Shown here: positions 12,541 to 35,212 of the stretch, piece after piece
Layout of the letters: the number at the start of each line of letters is the position of its first letter
Position numbering within the stretch: position 1 is the first letter of the stretch
Source: Chrysomallon squamiferum
Lineage: Eukaryota > Animalia > Mollusca
NCBI GenBank assembly: GCA_012295275.1
Contig: CM022668.1
Location: forward strand, 8,928,001-8,992,000
Direction: 5' to 3'
DNA length: 64,000 nucleotides
Translations under genes and position numbers: made by a program
Notes under the pieces: model-generated
Seen by the model: the letters and a program-made list of their open reading frames with translations, nothing else
Database searches by the model: none
What the model was told of the DNA's origin: nothing

Positions 12541-13050
12541 ACTAGTGTCTGAATTCACTGTAAAACCAAATATTTCCTAAGATATACTGATATATATATA
12601 TATCATTATAGCTAAGGAAATATTTATTTACATATATATATAGAAAACGAAAAAAGGCGACATCGAAGTTGTACAGTACTCACTTAAAAAGAAGCATCAT
12701 AAAAGATATCATTAAATTATTATATGAATTCTCTGTAAAACAAAATATATCCTAAGATATACTGATATATATATATATCATTACAGCTAAGGAAATATTT
12801 ATTTACATATATATAGAAAACGAAAAAAAGGTGACATCGAAGTTGTACAGTACTTAGTTAAAAAGAAACACCATAAAAGACATCATTAAATTATTGTATG
12901 AATTCTCTGTAAAACAAAATATTTCTTAAGATATACTTATATATATACATACACACACACACACACACACATATATCAGTATATATATATATCAGTATAG
13001 CTAGGAAAATATTTATTTATTTATTTATATATATATATATATATAGAAAA
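12465..13050 (+). repeat. Tandem triplication (~175 bp unit) of the tail-A coding end plus proximal 3'UTR
   Basis: Unit gaaaacgaaaaaagg(t/c)gacatcgaagttgtacagtac...cattaa...ctgtaaaac.aaatat.tc.taagatatact starts at 12465, 12643 and 12816. Confidence 0.9.
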
Positions 13051-13249
13051 ACGTATGGACAAACATATACATTAATGTATGTATGGATGGATGTACGCAT
13101 AGATATATGTATGGATGTTTCTGTATTTGTTTATGTATATATGTGTGTATGTATGTGTGTATGTGTGTATTATGTTCGTATGTATGTCTGTATTTATATT
13201 TTCTGTGTACATATGAATGTTCACATCTGTCTGTATGTATATATATGAA

Positions 13250-13306
<57 letters not shown>

Positions 13307-13577
13307 CTGTCTATTATGTATGTATGTATGTATGTCTGTTATGTATGTATGTATGTATGTATGCATTTATATGTGAACATGTATCTGTGTATGTAAATAT
13401 TTATGCATTATGCACGCATATGTATAAATGGACGTATATATATATGTATGCATGTGTGTATGTATGTATGTATGTATGTAATATTTCAGTTTGTTTCTTT
13501 GTGATAAAATAAAATAATTCTGAAGCAAAACCTTTTTTAATTGTTTATTTAGTTAGTTAGTTAATTACTACCTATAT

Positions 13578-14080
13578 CAGTGCTGCCCAACGTCCGAGCC
13601 ACGAAACCTTAGAATCCGGCCCGCTAGTCAATTTATTCTTCAATTTATTCCTTAATTATTCAATAAAATTGTTTTGTTATTGAAATACAAAGCCATTTAT
13701 TTGAACAAATGTTTTCTTAATCTTGATCAATTGTTAAATTTGTTTTATAGAATGTAAGGTTCTAAGTCAAAATTTTTAATGGTCATTTCGTATTCATGTA
13801 ATATCTGGAGACTATAATTTTTGTGATAGCAGTGAAGAAGTAATAGAAATAGTGTCATATGTAGGACCCCTATGTTTAAATTGAGTTATGAATTATAATT
13901 GTATAATGGATAATTTCTATAAATAGAATAATAGAATCAATGTTTTCAGTTCTGAATACTTTTTCAAACCATTTCAAGTAGTTGTATTAAAAAAATGAAA
14001 GGTTAGAAATGTGAGTCTGGCCCACTGGCATCGTTTTTTCTTAAATCCGGCCCATGTTCGGAAAAGGTTGGGCAGCACTG
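13578..14080. mobile_element. Non-autonomous hAT (Charlie-like) MITE
   Basis: Perfect 14-bp TIRs CAGTGCTGCCCAAC / GTTGGGCAGCACTG, perfect 8-bp TSD ACCTATAT (13570-13577 and 14081-14088), subterminal ATCCGGCCC motifs. Confidence 0.92.
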
Positions 14081-14582
14081 ACCTATATGCATAATATATA
14101 TATATATATATATACGTATATACATATACGAACAAAATGAGGTTATTTTGGTTGCCAAATGGTTTCGCCGTTCGCTTCCAAACGCGGGCGATCGAAGATG
14201 ACTTACGTTCGAGACTCTGAAATTTGTGAGATCCTTATTGGACTTTTCTTCCTGTGCCATTGTTTTCTATGTGCATAGTCTAAACATACGTGATTACGAC
14301 AGTGGAATCTTCTTTCTTAAACGTTTATATATGTACGTACGTACATAAAATAGACAGACAGACATACAAAGAGATCCATGTACATTGGACATAATGATAA
14401 ACACGTTGTGAATTGTCCACTTTAATTGTGATTAAAGTGAGATGAAGAGATGAATAATCTCCAAAATAAAAATAAAATTTAAATTCCCACTTTTTGTTAT
14501 TTCAATGTAACTGGTTTCTGATTTAAGCTGATTCTTATATGATTCAGACGCAGATATTTTAAGGAAATCGAACTGATGCATC

Positions 14583-14656
<74 letters not shown>

Positions 14657-15366
14657 AGTCATAATTATAATCATCAGTATAGTAATAATAATACTGATAA
14701 CAATAATAATAATAATAAATATCATATAGATAGATAGATAGACAGACAGATAGATAGATATAAGAATGTCCAAGCAAGATATTCCCCTAAATGTCTACAA
14801 GAAAACATCATGACGTAGTCAGATGGGTGTATGACGTAGTCAGTTCGGCATATGACGTTATAACAAATACTTTTAAGAAGAACCATTGAAAAAGGCAGAT
14901 GAAACAAAAGACTTGACGCAGAAACAGAATTGTTAATTGACATCTGCATGTATTCCAATGTTTTTCTATTAGCTTTTTCTGCTGCTCAGTTTCAGAATGA
15001 AAGGTAAACGTCATTTTAGTTTACTCTTAGCTCAAAATCCGTTCACTGTATTTTTATCCAACAAGTATTTATTGTCTATTTCTACTGCCCATCACGGCTT
15101 AGGTATGTCCTTCTTTGTGCTTATTAAATTTCTTTCAAAGTCAGAACAATACAAAAACTGTCTATTTAATAACACTGGTACAAGGGTGTGATAGTTATAA
15201 GCTATATAAATAAATAATTAATCGTTAATAGTTATTTATTTAATTTAATTTTATTGTATTTTATTTTTATTTTTATTTTACTTCTTTTTTAATCTCAAAT
15301 TCTGTCTGTTCGTCAGTGTGTGTGTGTGTGTGTGCTTCTTCTAATTTCTTAAACTTACGTTTCTAG

Positions 15367-15586
15367 GATTAAATCTGCCAAAATTCACGACGGAACAAAT
15401 TGTCATTGCTCTGGGAGTTGCCATCGGTCTGGTAGTCCTGATGATCGTCATCGTTTCAATATATTTTCACAAGTTAGTGATTTTTGTTGTTGTTGTTGTT
15501 GTTGTTGTTGTTACTGCTGCTGCTGTTGCTTTTAGTTATATTGTTCCAGTGATCAGAAAAGTCGTCTAACAAAATCACCGTAGTTA

Positions 15587-15628
<42 letters not shown>

Positions 15629-15798
15629 CGATGATGTTGTTATTATATTCAAACAATTCTAACTAAACATGCCCAAACAAATAAAACCGTATATATAAAC
15701 GCACTCATCGATACACACACACACACACACACACATACATTTACGTACTTACAAACAACTAAATACGCATACACTGACATGAAAGAACACAAATATAT

Positions 15799-15856
<58 letters not shown>

Positions 15857-16665
15857 ATACAGCTTGAGAATCGGGACCGGACGTATTTCGGATTTCAGAA
15901 TTTTCCGGATGTTAGAACTTGATCTGAGACTAAATTCTAATTTCAGTTATATTTCATATACGTTTTATACAGATGGTCTGCAGGATTTTCTACATAATAT
16001 TTTAAATAATTTTGTCCTTAAAACAAAGATTGTGTAAAATTGTAAGATACAAATATTTCAACTGCTCGGAAAAAAAGTAACGGATTACTGATTTCGGAAT
16101 CTGATGATAATGGATCCTCAGCTTGTTTGTATATTTGTATGTATGTATGTATATATGTATGTATGTATATTATGTATGTATGTATGTATGTATGTATATA
16201 TGTATGTATGTATGTATGTATATTATGTATGTATGTAATTATGTATGTATATTATGTATGTATGTATGTATGTATATTATGTATGTATGTATGTATGTAT
16301 GTATGTATATTATGTATGTATGTATGTTATATATGTATGTATGTATCTATATTATGTATGTATGTATATATGTATGTATGTATATATGTATTTATGTTAT
16401 ATATGTATGTATGTATCTATATTATGTATGTATGTATATATGTATGTATGTATATATGTATGTATGTATGTATATTATGTATGTATGTATGTATGTATAT
16501 TATGTATGTATGTATGTATATTATGTATGTATGTATGTATATGTATATAAATGTATATAACATATCTGCATGCAGTTCGTTAATAAGAATTTTGCTGTTT
16601 GCAGGTACGTTCAGAAACAGAAACTGATAAAAGAGATCTCGCAGGAATTTAGAAAATATCTGTGA
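15367..16665 (+). CDS. Alternative TM + cytoplasmic-tail cassette B of Ig receptor paralog 2. Exons 15367-15472 and 16605-16665
   Basis: Acceptor tttctag|15367 (phase 1, compatible with the Ig2 donor at 11432). Encodes GLNLPKFTTEQIVIALGVAIGLVVLMIVIVSIYFHK; donor AA|gttagt (phase 2); acceptor gtttgcag|16605 gives YVQKQKLIKEISQEFRKYL*. No separate ectodomain exons found in 12540-15367. Confidence 0.72.
15860..16125 (+). mobile_element. Tigger4/Zombi-like Tc1-mariner MITE (degenerate)
   Basis: TA|CAGCTTGAGAATC...GGATCCTCAGCTTG ends with TTTCGGATTT subterminal repeats. The internal AT-rich segment resembles, from memory, the Tigger4 (MER46) consensus. Confidence 0.65.
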
Positions 16666-17629
16666 TCAATTATCATCCAGTTTGCTGACAATCCCGCCCC
16701 CGTGCTGTATGCACTGCAGTTACACCGAACAACAAGTTCGTCAACGACGGCAACAACAACGACTTTTGCAAACATAAATATCAGAACTGAAAATATTCGC
16801 TTTTGTTGTTGCTTTTGTTGAGACAGAATATTTATGACAATGTCTGTATGAGTTTGTATCTATGTATGTGTGTGTGCGTCTGTATGTGTACGCGTGTGTA
16901 TTTTTGTGTATGAGTGTGTGAATGTGTGTTTCTGTCTGTGTATATATGTGCAGAAGAGTCGGGTGCTAGAGGTGTATTGGATGTTAAGTAAGGTATGACC
17001 GGACTTTACTTTCTTTGTCACTGTATTCCAGATATTGTCTATGTGTAAAGTCAAGATCGACACACTTAGACAACTCATATATTTATTCCTAAATAGATAC
17101 TCACCTTTGCCTGGGTTAGCTGTCAAAAATAAATGCACGAAAACTATTTCAAAAGACAAAGAAAACAAACTGCTTTGCAGGTAGCGATGATCAACATCGG
17201 CTATCGAACAAGTTTCTTTATTAAGGTTGTTTCTGAATTTGACTGGTGTCGTCTTCTGACTTTAGACATTGGGCGAGTAGATGACGCGCATTTCAGTCTT
17301 TCAGCGCATTAAAATTAGTATCATGCCTGAGAATTTCTCTTTTGGTTTGTCATTACTGTCAAAGGGCAAAGTTTAGTATGAGCAACCAACATATTTACAA
17401 ACACTTACTTACTACACTTCAAACAAGAGATTAGCGTGGATAAATATGCATTGGTTAAAACCTGCCAACGTGACAATGAACAAAACTGTTAATAAAAACT
17501 GTTACGGCAGAAAGAAATAACAGCAATTAAACACATAACGAAGGAATATCCACTATAGGTGGTTACGTGACCAGTTTAGAATAGCTTTAATAAAAGGGCT
17601 GAATAACATTGAGGATAATACAGCCCAAA

Positions 17630-17877
17630 TTAAATTTAAAACTAAAATAAAAATTGTAAATTTAAAAATTTTTAAATTAAAAATTTAAGAATTAAAAATT
17701 AAAAATTAAACTTAAAATTAAAAATTAAAATTCAAAATTAAAATTAAAATTTAAATTAAAATTTTAAAATTTAAAATTTAAAATTTAAAATTAAATTTAA
17801 AATTAAAATTAAAAATTAAAAATTAAAAATTAAAATTATAAATCAAAAATTAAAAATCAAAAATTAAAAATTAAAAT
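17630..17877. repeat. Almost pure A/T (AAAATT)n-like satellite immediately 3' of the FReD-A stop codon
   Basis: About 250 bp of aaaatt/ttaaaa units with almost no G/C. Confidence 0.85.
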
Positions 17878-17878
17878 G

Positions 17879-24584
<6,706 letters not shown>

Positions 24585-25380
24585 ATTTTTGTGTTTTCTT
24601 TAGATTCTGTTAATAGTCGAGTATAAAATTGTGTTTTAAACTGTTTGTAATTCTATAATGTCAAAACTAAATACATAAATAAATAAGTGAGTAAGTAAGT
24701 AAATAAATCAGTAAATGACTACCATTAAAACATTTGTAATTTGTAATAATAATAAAAATTTAATTTCATTTCTTGAGCAATAGTTTTTAAAAAAATCATC
24801 AATTAATATAAATAATTTTACCAATTTCTACAATATACAATAATTAATTTTAAAAATTTCATATGATAATTTAAATAATTCAAAAATAAATAACACAGTA
24901 CTTTAAACTCTCAAAATAGAAAATTTACAAAAATTCGACGAACAGCAATAAACATTTTTAAGATGACGTAATGTAAGTTGTTGATTTTATGTCAATTTTG
25001 TGATCTATAATAAAAACGTAGTTTAAATTTTTAATATAGAAAATTTGCCGAAGTCCAACAGAGAAAAATAAAAAAAATAATAATTTTAATTTTAAAAAAA
25101 TGTACTAACGACACTAAAAATTTAATGAGTAAACTTAAAATCTTAATACATAAAATTATATTATTTCTTTGAATTATATTAAAAATGTATAACACAATTT
25201 AAACTTTTACAATATCTGTAATAATTTAAAAGGATGCAATTATATATTTAAAAACTAAACATATTTTCAGACAATAAAAATTAACAAACCTTTTCAGACA
25301 ACAAACGAGCACAAATGTCACATCGAATGAACTGGATTTTTTCTTCTTCTTTTTTTTTTTTTTTTTCTTCTTCTTCTTCT

Positions 25381-25412
<32 letters not shown>

Positions 25413-26149
25413 CCCCTCTTTATACTTCTAGTGCTGTTTCTACAGACAGTAAGTGCATCTGAAATCAATGTTACGAACACTCTGAGACTATCAAGATGAA
25501 AACACTTTGTTATTTCTATCGAAAACGTGATTGCTGTTGATGAAGACAAAGTGACACATCTGTACTTGATTCACGTTTGAGAAGAGATTCCTTTCAAAAC
25601 CGTCCACTAACAAGGCAGAAGTAACAGTCGTTGTTGTGGTGATGGTGTTGAGACCAGTACGTATTAGTAATAGTAGTAAATATAGCAGTAATGGCATATT
25701 TATTAGTAACAGTAGTAGTAGTAGTAGTAGTAGCAGTGGTAGTAGTAGTTACAGTGACAGTGTGATGTCGTTCTGTTGTTGTTGTAATAATGTTGTATAA
25801 ACGTATTTTTAGTAGTTGTAGTAGTTGGAGTAGCACTAGTTGTAACAGTGTACTTGTAGTTGTAATAGCAGTAACAGTAGTACTAATAGGATGAATAGTA
25901 CACATAAAAATAACTGTAGTTCTTGTTGTTGTAGTAGTAGTGATAGTAATAATGGTAGTAATAATGGCTGCAGCAGTAGTAGTGGTAACAAAAGCAGTGT
26001 TGTTGTCGTAGTTGACAGGTTTTAGTGACATGTACTAGTTGTTGTCGTTGTTCATACTGTTGTAGTAACAGCATCAGCAGTAATAGAACTTATATATTAT
26101 TATTATTGTTACTGTTGTTTTGCAGTTCTTCTTCTTCTTCTTCTTCTTC

Positions 26150-26193
<44 letters not shown>

Positions 26194-26319
26194 GAAATTG
26201 TCAGATATATGTGCTGATCATTATAACATTTTTCAAGACTTATAAACCCACTTCAAACGAGGCATATTTATACAGCTAGGTTTAGTGTTATGTGTTGTGT
26301 CTACATTAGTGTACATGTG

Positions 26320-26323
26320 AGTA

Positions 26324-26369
<46 letters not shown>

Positions 26370-26576
26370 AGTGTGTGTGTGTGTGAGTGTGTGTGTGTGT
26401 GAGTGTGTGTGTGTGAGTGTGTGTCTGTGAGTGTGAGTGTGTGTGTGTGTCAGTGTGTGTATGTGTGTGTCAGTGAGTGTGAGTTTGTGTGTGTGTGAGT
26501 GTGAGTGTGTGAGAGTGTGTGTGTGTGTGTGTGTGTGTGAGTGTGAGTGTGAGTGTGTGTGTGTATGTGTGTGTGT

Positions 26577-26618
<42 letters not shown>

Positions 26619-26660
26619 GTGTGTGTAGTGTTTGTGTGTGTGTGTGTAAGTGTGAGTGTG

Positions 26661-26698
<38 letters not shown>

Positions 26699-26757
26699 CG
26701 TGTGTGTGTAGTGTGTAGTGAGTGTGAGTGTGTGTGTGTAAGTGTGAGTGAGTGTGA

Positions 26758-26805
<48 letters not shown>
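26320..26805. repeat. Long (GT)n/(GTGA) compound microsatellite, representative of the very dense SSRs ((AAT)n, (TACA)n, (AG)n, (GT)n) across the window
   Basis: Direct inspection; it explains the HT/CV-repeat ORFs. Confidence 0.95.
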
Positions 26806-26808
<3 letters not shown>

Positions 26809-27526
26809 GTCTGATGTTATGTACATGGAATATTTTGATCAACGTTTTAAAATCTCTGCAGAATATACATCCAACAGACCTTGTCGCTTTTATGTCTCTG
26901 AATATGTTGTTTCTTTTTTTTGTTGTTTTTTTGTTTGTTGTTTTGTTTTTTGTTTTTTTACTAATTCTGTTATTAATTTTATTTAGCTACAATTTCTTTT
27001 TACCTTTACACAATTTCACATTGTTAATTATAGTTACTTTATTGACTGTATTTTTATCGATTGGTTCGGTCTGGAAATCGTTTGTCGTGTTTATTTGATT
27101 TAACACAATAGGGAATGAACTATAAATGTTTTAACACTTAAATCCTGTTGTCTCTATTTAGTGAGAGATTTCTTTGAAATAACGAAACAAAGCTGGTGTT
27201 AGATTGTGACAAAAAAATGCGAGTTAGCAGCCGCAAAATATATATATATATACTGTGTATATTCATTTCAAGAACTAAACTACATAGACACTTAAAGCAC
27301 TTAAAGATGTAAGCAAATTTTATTATTATTAATATATATATATATATATGCCATATACAACTACAAATTATTGAGAGATTGATATTACTTTTATTATAAC
27401 CTTTTTCATTTATTATTGTTATTGTTGTTACTGTTGTTTTATTGTTGCTATTGTTTATTATCATTATTGTTTTTGTCGTTACTATGATTATCATCATCAT
27501 CATCATCATGTTCATTATTATTATTG

Positions 27527-27590
<64 letters not shown>

Positions 27591-28016
27591 GTAATTATTT
27601 ATACATATAATGATTTTTATACCATGCCAGAACATTTTCTTAATATTTGAAAACTTACTGAATTAAAAAAATGATAAATAAATTGTTACATTTATTATAA
27701 AAAATTAAAAACACCTCAAAAGAAATATTAAAACGTTTTTCGGTATCTTTCAAGGGAACTTTCGACTATCCCACTGAAACAAAGAAAATATATTTCTTAA
27801 TTTAATTTAATTTAACGTCTATTACATTATATTTAATGTTATTATGGTGACTGTAGTTTAATTTTATTAAGTTTTCACTTTTCTTTTCAAACAACCTTTT
27901 ATTTCTTTATTTGCTTCTCTTATTCTTCTTGTTCTACTTTCTTTTTCTTTCTTTTTTTCATCTTTTTCTTTCTTTCATTTTTTTTTTTTTTTTTTTTTTT
28001 TCTTCATTTTCTGGTT

Positions 28017-30797
<2,781 letters not shown>

Positions 30798-31054
30798 GGC
30801 GTCAGGTTTGTTTATTTTATTTTTTATTTGGAAATCTTTGATTTGACTTCTTTTTTTGAATTTAATCTTTCGTCTTTCTTCTTTTTCTTTTCTTTTTTCT
30901 TTTATCTATTTTTCTTTTCTTTGTTTATTCTTTTTTTCTTTTTTTTTCTCTTCTTACCTCTAACTTGAAAGATTTTCAAACTACCTGAAAAAAAAAAAAA
31001 AAAAAAAAAAATCGTCAGACTACCACTATTATTATCTTCACAATACTTTTATTT

Positions 31055-31091
<37 letters not shown>

Positions 31092-31447
31092 AGCTACACC
31101 TACTATTAATGTTACATCTATTACTACTATTACTATTAGTACTACTATACCACTACTACTTCTTTTAGTATTCCTGTTTTTACTTCTGCTACATTTATTA
31201 CTATTATTACTACTACAACCGCCACAACAACAACTATTACTACTACTGCTTCTATTAATGCTTGATAACTACTATTACTACTGCTGCTGCTACAGCTACT
31301 GTATTTTTATAAAGCTCTTTAATTTATTTGATAGATAGACACAGAGACATGATTGTTATTACTTCTGATGATATTACTACAGACAGATAGACAGATTTAT
31401 TATTATTATTATTGTTGTTGTTGCTACTGCTGTTATTGTTGTTGTTG

Positions 31448-31511
<64 letters not shown>

Positions 31512-31809
31512 AAGCCATCACAGAAAATGCTGACAAAATGATTTTAAAGATACTTACGTATTTAATCTTAACTTCTCAGCAGATATTTCGCACGCGCTGT
31601 GCACGAGCCTGGAAATTTCAGAATAGTTGTTGTTTACACACTTGAAAGTCTGCTGGATCTTGACCGTGTTTGTTTAAAATTCTAAACTCAGAATATTTTT
31701 ATAAGCACAAAATATTTCTAATCATTGTTCTTGACAAGATTTTGTCCCATCATTATTTATTTACGATAGCAATTACATCTGAATTTCCTGAGACGAAAAA
31801 CAGAAATTT

Positions 31810-31840
<31 letters not shown>

Positions 31841-32513
31841 GATTTTTTTTAATTATAAATTTAATTGTTAAGTTAATGAATCTAGGCAACAATAATGACG
31901 AAGTGTATTGTGGGTAATATTAGTGTAGCGGATGTTTGCGAACTGTAGAGAGATAACATTATAAATATTTAATAATAATAATAATAATAACAATAATAAT
32001 AACAGAGATGGTTAGGTGTGTTGTTTGTGCGAATAGGAGATCTGGCGGAGTTTTTTGTGGGTGATTTCTGGTTTGTTTCGAGGGATTTGTGTTTTCCTCT
32101 TCTTTTTTTTTTCTTCTTTTTTATCTTATTTTATTTTATTTTGTTTTTGTTTTGGGGTTCTTTTGTTTACAAACATAATACTAAAACTGACAGCTGCACA
32201 ATCAGTTTTTATTGTTTATTACACAATAGAATAATTATCACGATAAGTAACTTCAACAATACAGGTTAATAACTAATTATACCGTGTGTGTTTTTTTTAT
32301 CATCGTCATCATCGTCGTTGTCATCATTATACGTTTTACTGTTCTTGTTTTCACTGCAGTGACTGTTTTTGTAGTTTTTGTGGACTTGTTGATAACTGAG
32401 TTTTGCAGTAAAGTTTAGAAAAATTTAAACTTTATTATCATCTTTGCGTGGTATAACTTATTTTATTACACGTCTTCATAAAAGTCAATAATCAAGTAGA
32501 CTTGGTCAAATAA

Positions 32514-32578
<65 letters not shown>

Positions 32579-33471
32579 GTGTGTGTATGTGTGGCTGTCT
32601 GTCTGTATATTTATTTTGATATTTAACGTTAACCCTAAAGTATGTATGTGTGTTTTTTATTTATTTATTTATTTATTTATTTACACAAACCTGAATAATT
32701 GTTTTATTACGAAAATTGTTTTAAGTGTTTTACTGTTGTATGGACGTGAATATATGACTGACAAAATCTTGTTTTTGTTTTTTTTCACTTATATCATCGT
32801 CATTTATATATCAGTATTTTGACGTATAATAATATTTAATACTAAAACGTGCTGCTATGTACAGCTATTCCTTCCTTTACTCGTGGTTTATGAATACGTA
32901 GTTTGGACTTGGTATTAAAAGCGTGTTATCGTTTCCATTCAGTGACCAATTGTTCGTGTAAGCAGAAGTGAAAAAAAAAAAATTCTAGATATTTGAGGAT
33001 AAATGTAGCACCTATTAAAGCATTAGGAAATGCGTAACTTCATCGAAAAAAAAAATAATAATAATAATAATTTAAAAAAAAAAAGAAATAAAAAATAAAT
33101 ACGGTAGACAATAAAAAGAAAAAAGTATGAAAAAAAACCAACATCTTAAAATGACATGAAAAGTCATATTAACGAAAGAATTAAAAACAAAATACATATA
33201 AAAATGACGTCAAGAAAATAAAAATAAATTATATATATATGTATATATAAAGCTTCCGCTACAAGAAGAACAAGAACACGAGTTTCAGAAATAAAAAACA
33301 TTTATTTCCTAACAACGTCTACCGGAAGTACGCGTTGCTTAGTTACTCACATAACATACCCGTAAAGAACTTCGCTTTGTCTACCTAATACAGTGAGAAC
33401 ACAGGTACACAAATAATATTCATACACAAACACACAACTGTTATTACACATCGTAAATTAAGAAAAGAGTA

Positions 33472-33526
<55 letters not shown>

Positions 33527-34169
33527 GAGATTTGGCAATAAAATAAATATTGTAAATCAATATTTCCTTTGATTAAATGTCATTCTGCCTTTGCAAGTTG
33601 TCATCGATTATGACGTCATCATATACGATATGATGTCACGTATGATGTCGTATACAATATCATGTCATAAACGACATGTCGTCATGTGCAAATATATATA
33701 TATATGTATGATATGACAAAAAACAAGAATTTAAAAAAAAAACAAAAAAACATTTAATAACATTTAAAGATCTGATTTTTTTTTAAATCTGTGCAGTTAT
33801 TAACTACTTACAGTTTATATTAAATTTTAATAATAATAATGATAATAATAATAATAATAATAAAAAAATCGTAGAAAGGATAAATTAGAATTTTCATGGA
33901 TACCATTTGAAATATCCATCATTAATATGTACTGTTTATTTGTTTCTTAATAAAATTAGTTCAATATCTGCATCTTAGAAAGCTTAAAACTTTTTAAACG
34001 AACTGTTACGATCTTTTAATCTTTATAAATTAATATATATTTAAATCGAAATATCAGATAAAATTAAATAAATAAATAATAAAAGAACATTTATATTTTC
34101 CCATATTATACATTCTATCGATCATTCAACACACTTTTTCGCTATACACTGAAACAAAAATACTGTTCG

Positions 34170-34465
34170 ATATTTAGACATCTATTGGTGATGTATCAAA
34201 GGTAATCATAAATATTTATGAGGTATTCAATAATGACGTATCAAAACTCGTCACTAAATATTCATGAGGCATCCGACAATGACGTATGAAAAACCTATAG
34301 TGAACTTAATATTTTTGAATACTCTAGCAATGACGAATCAGAGGTAGTGATAATTATTCATGACATATTCAACAATGAGGTATCATAGCAAATCGCTAAA
34401 TATTTATGAAGATTCAGTTCTAATCATAAATATTCATGAGGTGTCCAGCAATGAAATATCACAGC
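34170..34465. repeat. Degenerate ~45-bp tandem repeat (~7 units) downstream of the TR stop codon
   Basis: Recurring aatatt(t/c)atgagg.at.c.acaatgacgtatca motif. Confidence 0.65.
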
Positions 34466-35164
34466 TAGTACATGAGAACGAAAGCACCGCCTCATTTCTC
34501 ATGCATATTAAACGATACGGATCACCATGGTTACCGTACATGACGTCACTGATAATTGACAAACACTCTAGACGTAAGTACAAATGAGGTAGATATTGGC
34601 GTATAGTCGTTTTTAATCATAACAAGTATGAAACCAACCGAACAGTCAACTTACACGTTACAAAAACAAAAAGTATACGGGACAAAATATACATGTTATT
34701 TACAGTTAAATAAAAATAATGTTTTAAAATTGGAAATACGTTTCTTGTTTTTGTAATAATAATACTTTACTTAATTCATTATCACGTAAAATTAATTTGT
34801 ATACCTCCTTTTTTATTTGTTTTTCCTTCTTTCTTTCCTGTTAATTTTATTTATACAATAATAATTTTATTCAAAGAATTTTTTTAAATAATTTCATTTT
34901 AAAATGTATTTCTATAAAAATTTAAAAAATAATACTAATCATAAAATTTTTTTTTAAATGTAATTATAAAACAAACAGGCTAATATATTTGGATATTATT
35001 AAACTGCACTACCAACAGATACAAAATATAAGATCAGTTTTAAAAAAAAATTAAGTTAAAAATAATATAATGAAAAATGTGATAGTGTCAGTATGCATTA
35101 TGAAATATGTTATACTTCTAAAAGAACTATTTATTTAATCTCTTAATGACAATATTTGATAATG

Positions 35165-35212
<48 letters not shown>

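Noticed and set aside
14207-14260. Minus-strand ATG exon MAQEEKSNKDLTNFRVSN|gtaagt
   Set aside because: No compatible downstream exon or homology recognised.
17105-17119. 15-nt minus-strand micro-exon-like sequence (ttgacag|CTAACCCAGGCAAAG|gtgagt)
   Set aside because: Good splice signals, but it lies downstream of the FReD-A stop and cannot be linked to any gene; could be chance.
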